The notes under the pieces are model-generated. The model was not told where the DNA came from. It searched no databases and saw only the letters and a list, made by a program, of their open reading frames with translations. DNA of 63,994 bases, the filler included, from Atractiella rhizophila (taxonomy: Eukaryota): the NCBI GenBank assembly GCA_021432655.1. It is 3 parts of 3 records of this genome, joined end to end, with 100 filler letters (N's around TTAATTAATTAA, not from the genome) between each part and the next. Parts side by side here need not be neighbours in the genome. Positions count along the whole stretch, not along the records: positions 31,112 to 62,114 come from MU271705.1; 2 more parts are not named here. One strand, 5' to 3'. The translations under genes were made by a program, and so were the position numbers. Numbering within the stretch: position 1 is the stretch's first letter; every line of letters starts with the position of its first letter. This document shows positions 50,292 to 62,214 of this stretch, in pieces.

Positions 50292-53200
50292 ATGTCTTTT
50301 CCGCTGGGATACGCCCTCATCTCCCCTCAGGAGCTCCAGCGACAGAAGGAGAGGCACAGGCATCGACAGTCACATCCAGCCACACACGCCATACCATCAG
50401 CCACCTCCCTCCAGACCACACTCCATCCATCCCTTCCCATTCAGCAACACCGCGACGAGGTGCCTTCCCTACTCCGGACACAGCGCAAGTCTCGCTCCGA
50501 ACGTCCATCCACAGCGCCATCGGGCCAGAGGTCACTCTCAGTCGGCGCTTCATCGTCCAGACGAAAGTCTTCAGGCGCCGCAATAGCCTTGACAGGCATG
50601 GCGCCTCCTCCCTCCACCTCCTCCACTCCTTCCCGCATGTCCTCCCCAGCGCTCGCTAAATCCAAATCCCACCAACTCCCAATTGGAACACTAACGGCCA
50701 CGGTCGACGGAGACCTGGATGGAGACTTCTCCCTCGAATCCTCCCTCCAAGACCTTGGACTGTTCTCCCTCAAAAGCGGACGGGCAGCGTCGTCTTCCCT
50801 CGACCTCTCCCTCGCCGACCGTGAGGGTTTGGGTTATGGACCTGGGATGGGGTTGGGGATTGCGGTCAGCAACGGAGCGCTGGGAGTCATGCAGGTCCAT
50901 CCTCCCTCTTCGGGTCATGGCGGTCGGAGTCTGAGCACAGGGGTGGGAGAGAGAGAGAAGAAAAAGGCGGGGAAGGATAAGGAGCTCGATGACTTGCTCG
51001 GCTTTTCTATGAACAGCACAAAACCTTTGGATGCACCTGCTGGCAGCAGTGGGACTGGGATGAATGGGAAGTCGAGGGACAGGGACAGGGAGAGAGTTGG
51101 AGGAGCATTGGCGGGCGACGGACCCTCCTCTTCGACAACGACTTTGACATCAACGACACCCTCGAAACGCTTCCCTTCGTCCGCTTCCACATCCTCTTTC
51201 CTCTCATCCACCCCTACAAGTCCTCCACCACTCCCTCCAGCCCCCATCCTCACCACCAACATTTCCACGAACAGCAATGGCAACCCTTCAACACCTCACA
51301 AACGCTCCTCGAAATACCTCTCTTCGCCACCTCCCTCCTCCTCTCCCGTCAGTATCCCTGTCCCCGTCCCCCCAATGCCCGCCATGCCCCCTCCTCCCTT
51401 ACTAGGTCCAATAACAGTCACCACAACCACATCCACAACAACAACAGCACCAACAGGGACAGGCGCAGGCACGCCCACAACGCTCACCGCCGAACTCTAC
51501 CCCTCCTCGAACGCGCACCACTCCTCGCTTATGAACCGGTCCTCGATGTCGATCGACCACCGGTCCTTCCATCCCCCAGACACGGTGCTCGTCGATCGGA
51601 AGAGCGGGACGGGAGCGAGGGCGAGCGTGATGCACCATGAGTATGAGCAGTTGAAGGTCCCCTTGCCCGTTCAGGTCACTGGCGGTGTAGGAGCGGAGGA
51701 TGTGGAGGAGAGGAGGAGACGGGAGAAAGCGAAACAGAGGGAGAGATGGAGGGGGGTGACTGAGGAGAGGGTTAGGCCTGTCGGTCTCGCCAAGTGTGCG
51801 TTTCGCCTCCCTTTCCTTGTGTTAACGCCTTTTAATGACACAGTGATGATGTTGTGTGAACAGTGTACGATCCCAAGGTGGAGCTGACACCAGAGGAGAG
51901 GGAAGTCTTTCAAGACCTTCGATGGTTCCGGACTAGTTTGAGGAGCGACAACAGACAGGAGCTGCAACATCCCTACTCGCACACAGACGTACCCTACTGG
52001 TGGGGATACAGCAATACGATCCCAGACCGCGACGCGCTCCTTCTCTCCGTCCGATTCGACGCCATGGGTTCCCTGTGTTACTCCTTCCTCAACCTCCCAC
52101 CCGACCCATCTGCCGCCTCGAGCCCACTCACCGCAAAAATGCCTCGAGCCCCCATCCCCAAATCCGTCCTCGACCTAGGTAGTGGTACGGGGATGTGGTG
52201 CATAGAGATGGCCCAAGGAGAAGGATGGGAAGAAACCGGATTCGTAGGTCTGGATATCGCGCCTTCCCTTCCCACCTCCCTCTTACCTTCCAACGTGAGG
52301 AACCGGATAGAGTTCGTTCAGGCAAACTATTTGGAACCGTTACCCTTTGGAGACGAGAGCTTTGACTTTGTTCACCTCTCCAATGGAATGCAGGCCATAC
52401 CTGAGAATCGGTGGCAGGACGTCCTGGAGGAGATTTGCAGGGTACTCAAGCCCGGTGGGACGTTTGAGATCTGGGAAATGAACCAGAATTCGATACAACA
52501 GGACCAGAACGCGCCGGGCGCTCCTGGTTCCAGGGCGGGAAGCGATGCTGGTTCGACGACTGGAAGCGTTGGGGGAGACGACGTCAAGCATGGAGACGTG
52601 GAGGGCGGAAGGGCGAAGGGGATGTTCGAGACCGTCAAGACTATGATTGGTATAGGAGAGGAAGTCATGAGGAAGAGATTCCTCAATAGACATCCGCTCA
52701 GTCTCATACCGACCCTCTTGCCCCTCTTTTTCAAGGATATTCGATCCACAGGAATGATCCCTTTCCCCGTACCGAGTCGTGCGATGCCAAGGGAGGCGTT
52801 CAAAGAATATTCGATAAAGCATGACATGAGAGAGATGAATTTGAGACTCTCGAGCATCCAGTCGAAGCAGGGGAAAGGGTATGATGTTGTGGATTGGGAA
52901 AATGCTATGAGCGAGAGGATATACAGTCATCATTATTCCGAGCTCTTCCTCTCCATCGCCAACGTATGTCCATCCCTTCCTCTTTTCGTTATCGATATAC
53001 CTCTTACTGACTCGATGATTGTTGAATCTGGAACAGTCGGCGATGAATGAGATGCACACACTCTCACCAAAAGTCCAATCCCATCTCCCAGACCGTCATC
53101 GCTTCAAAAACGACCTCGGCGCACTCTTCACAGCTTGGAAAGTGAACAGCGGGATGCCCCTGATGCTATCCGAGCGATTCGATTGGGACTGCGAAATGGA

Positions 53201-53453
53201 CCGACAGACCCACGCCCAGCTTGAAAGGGAGGTTCCGTTGATGAAGGAGCATTTGAAGACGCTCGAAGACGAGGAGTGGGGAGGTCTCCCGGTCGGTGGT
53301 AGTGGCAGTAGGATGCAGGTCTCAAAGTGGACGAGGGATGCGGAGGCTGAATTGGACGCGGTTAGGAAGAGGATAGAAGGCGGTGGGGGTGGTAATAAAG
53401 GGGCGGGAACGACCTTAGAGATGGCTGGCTTCACAGCTCGGAAGGCTCTGTAG
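50292..53453 (+). CDS. Class I SAM-dependent methyltransferase-domain protein with a long low-complexity N-terminus
   Basis: VLDLGSGTGMW, FVGLDI, IEFVQANYLEPLPFGDESFDFVH, EICRVLKPGG; introns at ~51795-51863 and ~52963-53036. Confidence 0.85.
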
Positions 53454-54077
53454 AGCCAAATTTTCAAAAATCTTCTCGGCGGAGAAGGAAGGGAAGGAAG
53501 GCAACGTTTCCTGTTCCTGAATCAGGAAGCGAGGATGATCGGTTTCTTTTGCATATCTTGGCGAATCATTTCTTAATTGACAAACCTAGGGCACCCGTGC
53601 TTCGCACTGTTCACTTTCAGTTGGAAGAGTTGACCTGATTTTATAGATACCTTTCAAGTTGGAGCACTGCGTTTATTCGTTTATGCCTAACGTTAAAGAG
53701 CAGTGGATCTGTCGTGTCATACCTCATCAGTGCCATATGTCCCTAAATGTGTATCGTATACCAAGTAGCAACTTCAGTCAGTCCAAACGTCTATGTTTCA
53801 TCACAGCATCAGAGTTGATGCAAGCTCATTTAAGACCAAGGATGATTAAAGAGAACATCTTGTTCGTAGTGAGCAGCGCTCCTCTTGCTCTTGCGATGGC
53901 ATTGATATATTATTAACATGAACCAGCCAGCTTGAAACTTGAAAGCGAAAGTATGGTAAACGTCACGTGAATGTTTTGATTTGGAAGGCTCGAAATACTT
54001 CCCGACCGGGAGGCTTTTTGTTTTTCTTTTGCATCCTCCTTCGTGAATCTCTTCTTCCTCCCTCCTCAGTTTCAGCA

Positions 54078-54658
54078 ATGGCACCCAAGAAGGTATGAAC
54101 TCGGAGTTGGATTGCGTGGATGACTTATTCATGGAGGGTCTGGGGTTCAGGTAAAAAAGTCGACGGAGAACATCAACTCCAAGCTTGCGTTGGTGGTCAA
54201 GAGTGGAAAGTATTCGCTGGGGTATAAGTCGACGCTGAAGCACATGAGGAGCGGAAAAGGTCCGTAGATTCTCATTTGGGAAGCGGGATAGTCGAGTAAC
54301 CACGCTCCGACGATGCAGCCAAGCTTGTTCTCATCGCTGGAAACTGCCCACCCCTGAGGCGATCAGAACTGGAGTATTACGCTATGCTTTCAAAAACCCC
54401 TGTCCACCTCTTCGCCGGTTCGTGCCCTCTAATCTTGCACCCGCATCACTCGCATTTGCTGATCGGTTCGGGTTGATGTCGTTGCAGGTGCCAATGTTGC
54501 CCTCGGTACGGCGGCAGGAAAGCTTTTCCGTGTAGGAGTTATGACAGTGACGGATCCTGGAGACTCTGAGTACGCTTTTCCTCTGCCTCTTGGCACCCGA
54601 TACATTCATTGATGAACTTCGGATGTGCTCTAGCCTTCTCAGCGTCTCAACTCAGTGA
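54078..54658 (+). CDS. RPL30: 60S ribosomal protein eL30, 5 exons
   Basis: [68 protein letters not shown]...|[35 protein letters not shown]. Not present in the ORF track. Confidence 0.97.
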
Positions 54659-55022
54659 TCGGTTTCGGCATTCCCTCATGTTCATTGTCATCCTTGTTTT
54701 ATGCATCATGCAATTAGGTCATTCCAAAAGCACCTTGACTAGGACTAGAGTGTTATCTGTGCCTCTCATCTCTGAGCCAAGAAAGCAGTTGGGACGGAGT
54801 CCACCATGGGAGCTTTCCAACTTTGGGCTTTAGCATCCATATCATGATATTTTCATCCCTTAGTATCTAGTATCGATTCTCTCCTCACTGTTTGCTCTCA
54901 CCCGAACATGCTGGAAAGGCAGGAAAGGTAGGTAAAGGTAGCAGCTAAAAATTCGAACTAAATCACTATCCGGCCGAACGGATGAGGCTTTGCCAAATAA
55001 ATAAATTTCGATGTTCCGCACC

Positions 55023-56935
55023 ATGGCGTTCTCTCTTATCGCGCCAGCCCCTAGCTATCCCCTTCCCAGTGTTTCTCAGTTGTCCAGTTTTATTCGAGAT
55101 TTGTCCCCGTCCAGCCCCTCTCCAGCGAAAGCCAAAAGGCCGCGTCCCAAGCCGTACAAATGTCTTTACGCTGGCTGCTCAAATGCGTACTCACGACCTT
55201 CGAAATTAGCTGACCATGAGCGCTCACACACGGGAGATGTACGTTTTACATCTACTCTTTACTGGAAAATAGGGAGACTGATTCCTTTGGCCTGTTGATC
55301 TAGAGACCGTTTAAGTGCTTGCAATGTGGAAAGACGTATCGAAAGGATCAACATTTAACGGTCCATATGAGGACACATCTTTCGGAAGAAGATAGAACGT
55401 TTGTTTGTACGAATGAGGAGTGCGGGAAGCGATTTTGGACTGCAACTCATTTGAAGATCCACGTGAAGTCTCAACATGACGTTTCAGCTGAGGGGAAGCG
55501 GTATCAGGTGAGCAATTGCTTTGCCATGTTTGGGGGTTTGTTGCATGTTGGAAACTGCAAAGTTTTGCCAACGTCGCTTCGAAAGAGGCACCACTGGCCT
55601 CCCTATATTTTGGGAGGAGCGGTAACGACGTCTTTCCGATCGATATTCATATAATTTATTCTCAACGATCGTACCAATGGCATACATTGATGGATGACGA
55701 TTAAGCCGGTCTGGTTTCTTGTTGTAGAAATACGGATGACTTTGATCATCCTACATTTTGATTTATTTGTTCCTGCAGTTTAACAGTTACCAGGTGCTAA
55801 TATTAAATCTGCTTAAAGTGTCCAGATTGTCCACAACACTTTCGAAAACATCATCTCTTGCGCTCGCATATGCATCTCAATCATCCGACCTCTAGCGCTC
55901 TCCCGTTCCCCTGCACGCACGATAATTGTTCAAAATCCTTCGACTCTGCATCGAAACTACGGGCGCATATGAAGTCACACGACCCGAATCGATACGTTTG
56001 CACACATCCGAATTGCTTAAAAGAAAGAATGCCAGCGTCTTTCTCCAAATGGTCTGACCTGCAACGACACACAAAGGAGTTTCATCCACCAAAGTGCCAT
56101 TTTGATGAATGTCGAGAGAAGACGTTTGGAAGCCGGCGGAATTTGAGAAATCATCTGAGGAGCCAACATGGGGAGAGAGGCAGCGAGAATGAAAATGAAG
56201 GAAAGAAGCGGAAGCGAGGGCTAGAAGATTTTCAAGGTGTTGGCGAGGAAGAAGAGATGTTTCATTGTGAGCAAGAAGGATGTGAACAATTAATTTTCAA
56301 GCATGTCTGTCTTCGCTTTATTTCACGTAAGGCATGCCTAAAACATACTGCAGTCACGAGCTCTCACGTACCATGTCCAACGTGCCCACCCCGAACTCCT
56401 TAAATTCCGATGCTCGCACGATTCTTGCGCCTACGCTGCACTTTCCCGCGCTGTCCTCAATAAGCACATTCAGAGACAGCATCCGTCCTCCGCTCCTCAT
56501 CTGCCGCCTAACCTCATACCGACATCAAACCCCCTCCCCTCGTCTTCCTATCCAGGTAATCCCTCTCTTGAGCCTGTCACCTACCTTTCTGCCCCACGAC
56601 CCGTTAAGCGGAAAAAGGTGAAGCCGACTGCGATCGACCTGTTGACTGGCAGAGGCTACGAGGCTCATAAAGCAATCCCTTGTCCTTACCAGGCGCTCGT
56701 AGAAACCATGGATCATGAGGAGCGGCTGGAAGAAGAGAAGAATGGGGTGGATGAGTGCATGTGGCGATTCGAGAACCTGAGAGGAGTCAAGAATCATTTG
56801 AGGAGTGCGCATGGGGTTGAGTTGGAGGATGCGGACTTGAAGTTGGTGTTAAGTTTAGAGCGTGCAGAGATGGTACCAACCGAAGAGGAGGAGGAAATCT
56901 GGTCGAGAGAGCACTTAGTGCCTTGGAGAAGCTGA
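55023..56935 (+). CDS. PZF1: Transcription factor IIIA (about ten C2H2 fingers)
   Basis: YKCLYAGCSNAYSRPSKLADHERSHTGD|RPFKC..., CGKRFWTATHL, FSKWSDLQRH, HPPKC, spacer then further fingers, C-terminal IDLLTG motif as I recall from fungal TFIIIA. Introns ~55239-55303, 55508-55818 and ~56305-56353. Confidence 0.85.
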
Positions 56936-57307
56936 TGTCGATTGTCGTTTCGTTGGATTCTGTCGATACTTGGCTCGTTATTACATGTATCATCACTTGA
57001 ACATTCCAATGTTACAATGAGATCTAGAAGGCGTGGAGAGTCAATCCCTTGGTCGGCTTTTGTTCACCCTACTTTCATAAAGAAAAGCCAGGCGACATCT
57101 CTGCTGGATCGTATCACTGTTTACCAACCTTTCTTTCGAACACATGCGAGATGGAGTCTGGGTGTTTATTCCCCAGGTTGCTTCTTCACGTCAAGACGCA
57201 AAGATTCATCTAAATATTGCAGGTTCGATAGGTAAAACAACTGTATTATCGTAGCACAAAGCATCTGACAATGAGGAAGAGAAATACCCGTCAATTCTAC
57301 ATGGTTT

Positions 57308-58609
57308 CTAAAAAGGAAAAAGCCGGTGAAAAAACAAAAAAGCCGCAAAAAATAACCAAAAAACCGAAACAAAACAAAACCAACATAAGCTTGCACATGC
57401 AAGCATCCATAAATATGATGACAAAGATGGCCACTGTGAAGAACATAGACCAGTCCCAGTCTCATCAAGTTGAGTTCCTTCCAACCTCGACGTTGAGGCA
57501 GCCCACGATCTATAACGTTGCGATGTCAGATAAAGATGTAGTAAAAGATGCGAGAGATTGACACACCCGCCGCCTACCTCTACCACTACGTTCACCTTGC
57601 TTAACTTTGCTCTGAGCAGGTCCAACAGCCATTCCTTCTCTTCTGACGTCAAAGCGCGGGGAAACTTGCACTGCTCCACGAGTCCCTTTGCAAAGGCTCC
57701 CCCTAATGTAAGAACGTGTTCAGGCGGAGTACGATCCTCTGTGTCTTCGTGTCTACGAGCAAGCAGGTATCGATTCCAAAGTTCGTCGCGAAGAAGGAGC
57801 TGAACAAATCGATCCGCGCCAGGATCCTCGTCTTCGACCGGGCCTATTATTGCGGTTAGAAGAAGCCAGCAGCAGGTTGAAAGCAGGAGACATACCTTTG
57901 CCACCATACCGACAGTTGGGATCGGGGATCGAAGAACGCACCACTACCGGAAAATTTAGCGTTGAAAGTGGGATGATAGAGTAAAATACAAACCTTCCCT
58001 GACTATCATAATAGCTAATTTGTCCATGAAGGACACCATTGCAGTCTCCGGCAAGTTGGACGGATCTGGCGAGGAGTGAGGAGATAACATCGTGACCCTT
58101 TGAAAGGAGATCAGAGACCTGATTCGAGACAACAGTTTTGGCATTCTGTAAGAATGGCGTCTCTCCCAGTAATCGTCGAGAGCTCGGCGCGTTGCAGCTC
58201 GGTGTGCATGGAAATAACCTTGAAGCTTTGTCTTCTCCTTCCTGAGCGCATCATTTTCTTCTTCCAGTTTCTTGCAGAGACGTTTTGTACCCTCCAGGTC
58301 CCGCTCAGCCCGAACAATACGTCGCTCAAGATCCTCGTTCTTAACCTCCGAAGCAACCAAGTCGCCACCACCGTTTTTCAACGAAGCCCTCCATTGGCGG
58401 ATTAGGCTTTTCCCCGACAAGTCTTTGACCCCAGAGATAAACCTGTAAAGACTGGAAAAGTTGCGCTCCGCCTCATGGCACCTCTCGGAAACATCGTGCA
58501 AATCAAGTTCCAAGCGTTTGATTGTCTGACGGTCCTCATCGCGGCGAGCGTTAAAGACAGAGTCGTGTAGCCAAATCTCCAACTGAGACGAAGAGGAAAG
58601 CCGGTTCAT
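57308..58609 (-). CDS. Hypothetical coiled-coil protein; 3' end uncertain
   Basis: Long ORF with heptad-like LERRIVRAERDLEGTKRLCKKLEEENDALRKEK and a downstream exon-like ORF; no family recognised. Confidence 0.45.
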
Positions 58610-59085
58610 CGAGAAAGCGAGGCTCGTGAAGGAGAGAATGAAAATTGGAGACTTCGAATTCGTGACAAGGCTGGTAAATGACACAGCTGGTGAGAGGAGT
58701 ATTTAAGCTCAAAGCTTTGAATCAGGTAGGAGAGTAAATTGTGTAGGTTGAAGCGGAAATGATGAGACTAGAGTACAGTTGTCACTTCAACTTGAAAGGT
58801 GCTTCTCTAACGTGGGACTTACCACAATCAAATGGTGTGAGGGTTACTTCTGTTGATAAATCCGCGTTATATTATAAGAATTATCAGTGGAGAGTTCGTG
58901 GACCACAATGTCGTCGGACTAGCCTTTTACATGACTGGATGTTTTCGACTCCTTTTCAACAAATGGACACGTGACCTGGGGGCTGGTAATATTGATGGGC
59001 GCGACTTGATGCAACAACTTTAACAACCATCATCTCACTCTTTTGACTTATAAGGATTGCTACGCTAGCTATTATCTTGATCATA

Positions 59086-60266
59086 ATGGCCACCGCCACA
59101 CCTTTGCAAGAGGCCCACAGCCGGGATTCCAAGCTGCAATCAGAGCTGAGTGCTCGCGATGCTTTCAACCACCCCAAAAACGCCTACCTTTCTCGCGAAG
59201 ACATGGCAAGAATTAAACAAATGCAGGAAAAGATTGACTCGATCAACCGTCGCTATGACCGACTGGAAGCTATGGGCAATGAAATGCGAGGGATTCTGCA
59301 AGATGTAGAAAGTGGCATACTGTCCGCCACCGCAGAGATGAAAGCCTATAATGAGAACCGAAGGGCTTGTCTGCAGCCAACAAAGACTGATGAGACTCCA
59401 AAGAGAATTAAGGCGAAGAGAAACAAAGAAGGTGTGGTAGAAGTATGGCTGGAGGTGGATTCTGGAGGTGCGTTCTGTGTGATTTGCAGAAACGGAAGTG
59501 ACACTTCAGCCTCAGTCTGGACGTCAGCCGTTCCTGGATGGAACGAAGACTTTGCAGAGACAACGGAGAAACCTATTCCGTCCCCTTGTAAGTCTTCCTA
59601 CTCAAGTCTCTTGTTATATCCAGGTTGTAATTCTGGATACAATGCAGATATCTTTGAAATCGTTCGGGAGCCTCTCTTACTCAAACTCTTTGACACCCGT
59701 CGTGGAAGGAATATGTGGCTCCCCTCCATACTAGAACGCTTGAGGCAAAAGTATAACGAAGCCGAAGAGTGCTTTTATTATATTTTCTGGAATGGGACGA
59801 AGATTTACTTCACTAAGTACACATACGGCCAAGGTTAGTTTCGCCTTCACCTCTCGCTGGCGTAAATAACTCTAATCTGTGGCAGTGTTGTGGTACCATC
59901 CCAAGTCAGGAACGTGCGGCGCCGTCGAGTTCGACGACATAGCCCGCTACTGTAAGTTCCTCCTTCCCCTTTTGCAACATTACATGCTCCGAGCCCTAAA
60001 ACTTGATAGCTGGGTATAACACACGTGCCGGACGAAACGAAGCGCTTCTTCCTTACGCGAAACCGTCAGACACCATTCCTAGCAGGAGGAAGAAAGGTAA
60101 GAAACCGCGTCCTTTGAAGTACAGGATCCTTCGAGCCATCCGCGAGTTGGGACCGTTGTCGGCTGCAGACCACGTAGAGCTTATGATCGAAGACAATAAG
60201 TATATCTACGGTGATGGCAGCGCTTCGTTATCAACGATGACCTCGACGTCCTCTTCGAGCTCCTGA
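59086..60266 (+). CDS. Hypothetical protein, 3 exons
   Basis: A ~250-codon first exon; GTTAGT..CAG and GTAAGT..TAG introns splice in frame to the stop at 60266. Confidence 0.65.
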
Positions 60267-60566
60267 ACTGCCAATTTTGCGGTTGCTTATGGTGACCATA
60301 ATCGATCGTCTATTCTTTTCTTATTTGTCTGCTTCTCTTTTTCCACATTTCCATAATGCACGATTTTTCTATTTGATTTGTCTCCTATCTTTATTTCCTT
60401 AGCATGTTGTCGTACACGAAAGCTTCTCAAGTTCAATCGTGATCTTTATATCCCATTGCTTGTAGTGTACCTCAAATTAATGCAATTAACGAAGTGTTGA
60501 TTCTCATAACATGACATCTCGCTTTACTCCTAGAATTATTCATATTTGATCTTAAATCCTAAAAGA

Positions 60567-61669
60567 TCACTCCAGAAGTCCAAGCAATGGGGACAGCGGT
60601 CCTTCCTCGATCTTCGCCCAGTTGACAGAACGTCCAGCCTCCATGAATCCCTTCGCAAATAATCCTAATTCTTTCGTCTCCTCCTCTTCGCACCATTTAA
60701 CCCCAACAGGCCAGAAGGCGATGTGGACACCAAAGTGCACGATTGCTCTCTTCACGAACTCCTCCTTTTCCTCCCTGCCCCCAATCTGCCCATTCTTTCT
60801 CGCTGCTTCTACATATGCTTCAAGGAACGCCTTTAAGAGCCCTTTTCCACCGCAGAATCGATCGAGCAAGTAAGCTTCAGCTGCAAACTGTGCAACGTCT
60901 GTCGAACCGATTCCTCTCCGTGTCATCTCCCAGTCGACGATGCTCAGCTTCATGCTACCGTTCTCTTCTTGCACAAGAACGTTTCCTGGCCAAAAATCCC
61001 CGTGGCACTGACAAACATCGTCGGTAGCCAGTTTTGAGCCAAACTCTGCATCAATAGATTTAGCAAATCTGACATCGAGCCCGTGTTTCTCGAACGCAAG
61101 AGAAAGATTCGAGTAGGCGTAACGATATATCCCGCGGGCGGTAACATTATCGCGAGACTTGGTGTTGAGAGTGCGATGGTGAAGTTGGGCAAGCCAGACT
61201 CCAAGCGTGGAGCCAATGGATGGGACGAGTGTTGCCGTTGCAGAGGGATACCATGCTTTGAGATTGGACGGCCCAGCGTAGTCCATAATGAGGACGTGGG
61301 CTTCGAGGTCAGAGTAGTGTAATGTAGGAACAAGGACGACAGGTGCATCTCCTGTGAGTTGAATGCTACGGTCGATCCATTAACAATGAACCTGAACCGC
61401 GGTGATGAGTCGTTGACTTACGTGTCCACAATGTGAGACACATTTGATAGAGCATCAGCCTCGAATTCCATGCGATCGACGGAAAATGGGATGGAAGGCG
61501 AGTTCTTGACATACGGCTCGTGATGCTTCACCACTCGCTCCTCGCCAGATGGAAGGGTAATGCGCCAGACAAAGTTCCCGGCTCCTCCAGTCAAAACTTC
61601 GACTAGTTTGTATCGGATGCCTTTTGAGGCCAGGTACGTTTCCAGCTCTTGTGTCGTCGTAAGCGGCAT
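60567..61669 (-). CDS. APH/choline-kinase-like small-molecule phosphotransferase
   Basis: LTGGAGNFVWR, VKHHEPY, DRMEFE, Brenner motif CHGDFWPGNVL, IVDWE, DVAQFAAE. Confidence 0.88.
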
Positions 61670-62114
61670 CAGGTCGACGTTGGATTTTAAACGATTCCGA
61701 TTCCAAGGAATGATTGATGGAGGACGCAGAAATCCTTATAGCTCCAAATTTCGAGTCATCCACTTTGCACAACACACATGGCACGACAGCTCTTGGAAGA
61801 GCTGAACATTATGACGGTAGATGCAATATATGAGAGCACTCGAGTCACTAGTCCAAGGCAGAAAACAGTGTTACTGTAAAAATGATTATCAAACCAGCAG
61901 ACGAACTCTATTTTTCCTGACAAGCAGGCTTTCTATACAGTCACCGCAACGTTTCAATGCCATATGGACTACCCATAATGACGCGTGAGCGGAGTACTCA
62001 TTGGCAACAATCGACAGCAAGGAGAGCTAGTTTTGGGTATTGCCTGTGGGAGGCGGCATGTAGAGGATCGAGTGAGATGTTTACAGTATGTTCAACGTCC
62101 AGCTGAATGTGAAC

Positions 62115-62214
62115 NNNNNNNNNNNNNNNNNNNNNNNNNNNNNNNNNNNNNNNNNNNNTTAATTAATTAANNNNNNNNNNNNNNNNNNNNNNNNNNNNNN
62201 NNNNNNNNNNNNNN
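62115..62214. other. Artificial assembly linker (N-run + TTAATTAATTAA + N-run)
   Basis: Same 100-bp structure as 31012-31111. Confidence 0.97.

Noticed and set aside
52340..53059. Long antisense ORFs (also 28931-29593 and 39383-40093)
   Set aside because: Shadows of real genes on the opposite strand, with no independent protein features.
55816..55818. AAG acceptors as a special mark of long regulatory introns
   Set aside because: AAG also ends at least one ordinary short intron here (DHX35 near 4575), so it is weak evidence by itself.
50292..61669. Psilocybin-like cluster (methyltransferase + PsiK-like kinase)
   Set aside because: The genes are separated by RPL30 and TFIIIA, there is no decarboxylase or P450, and both families are generic.
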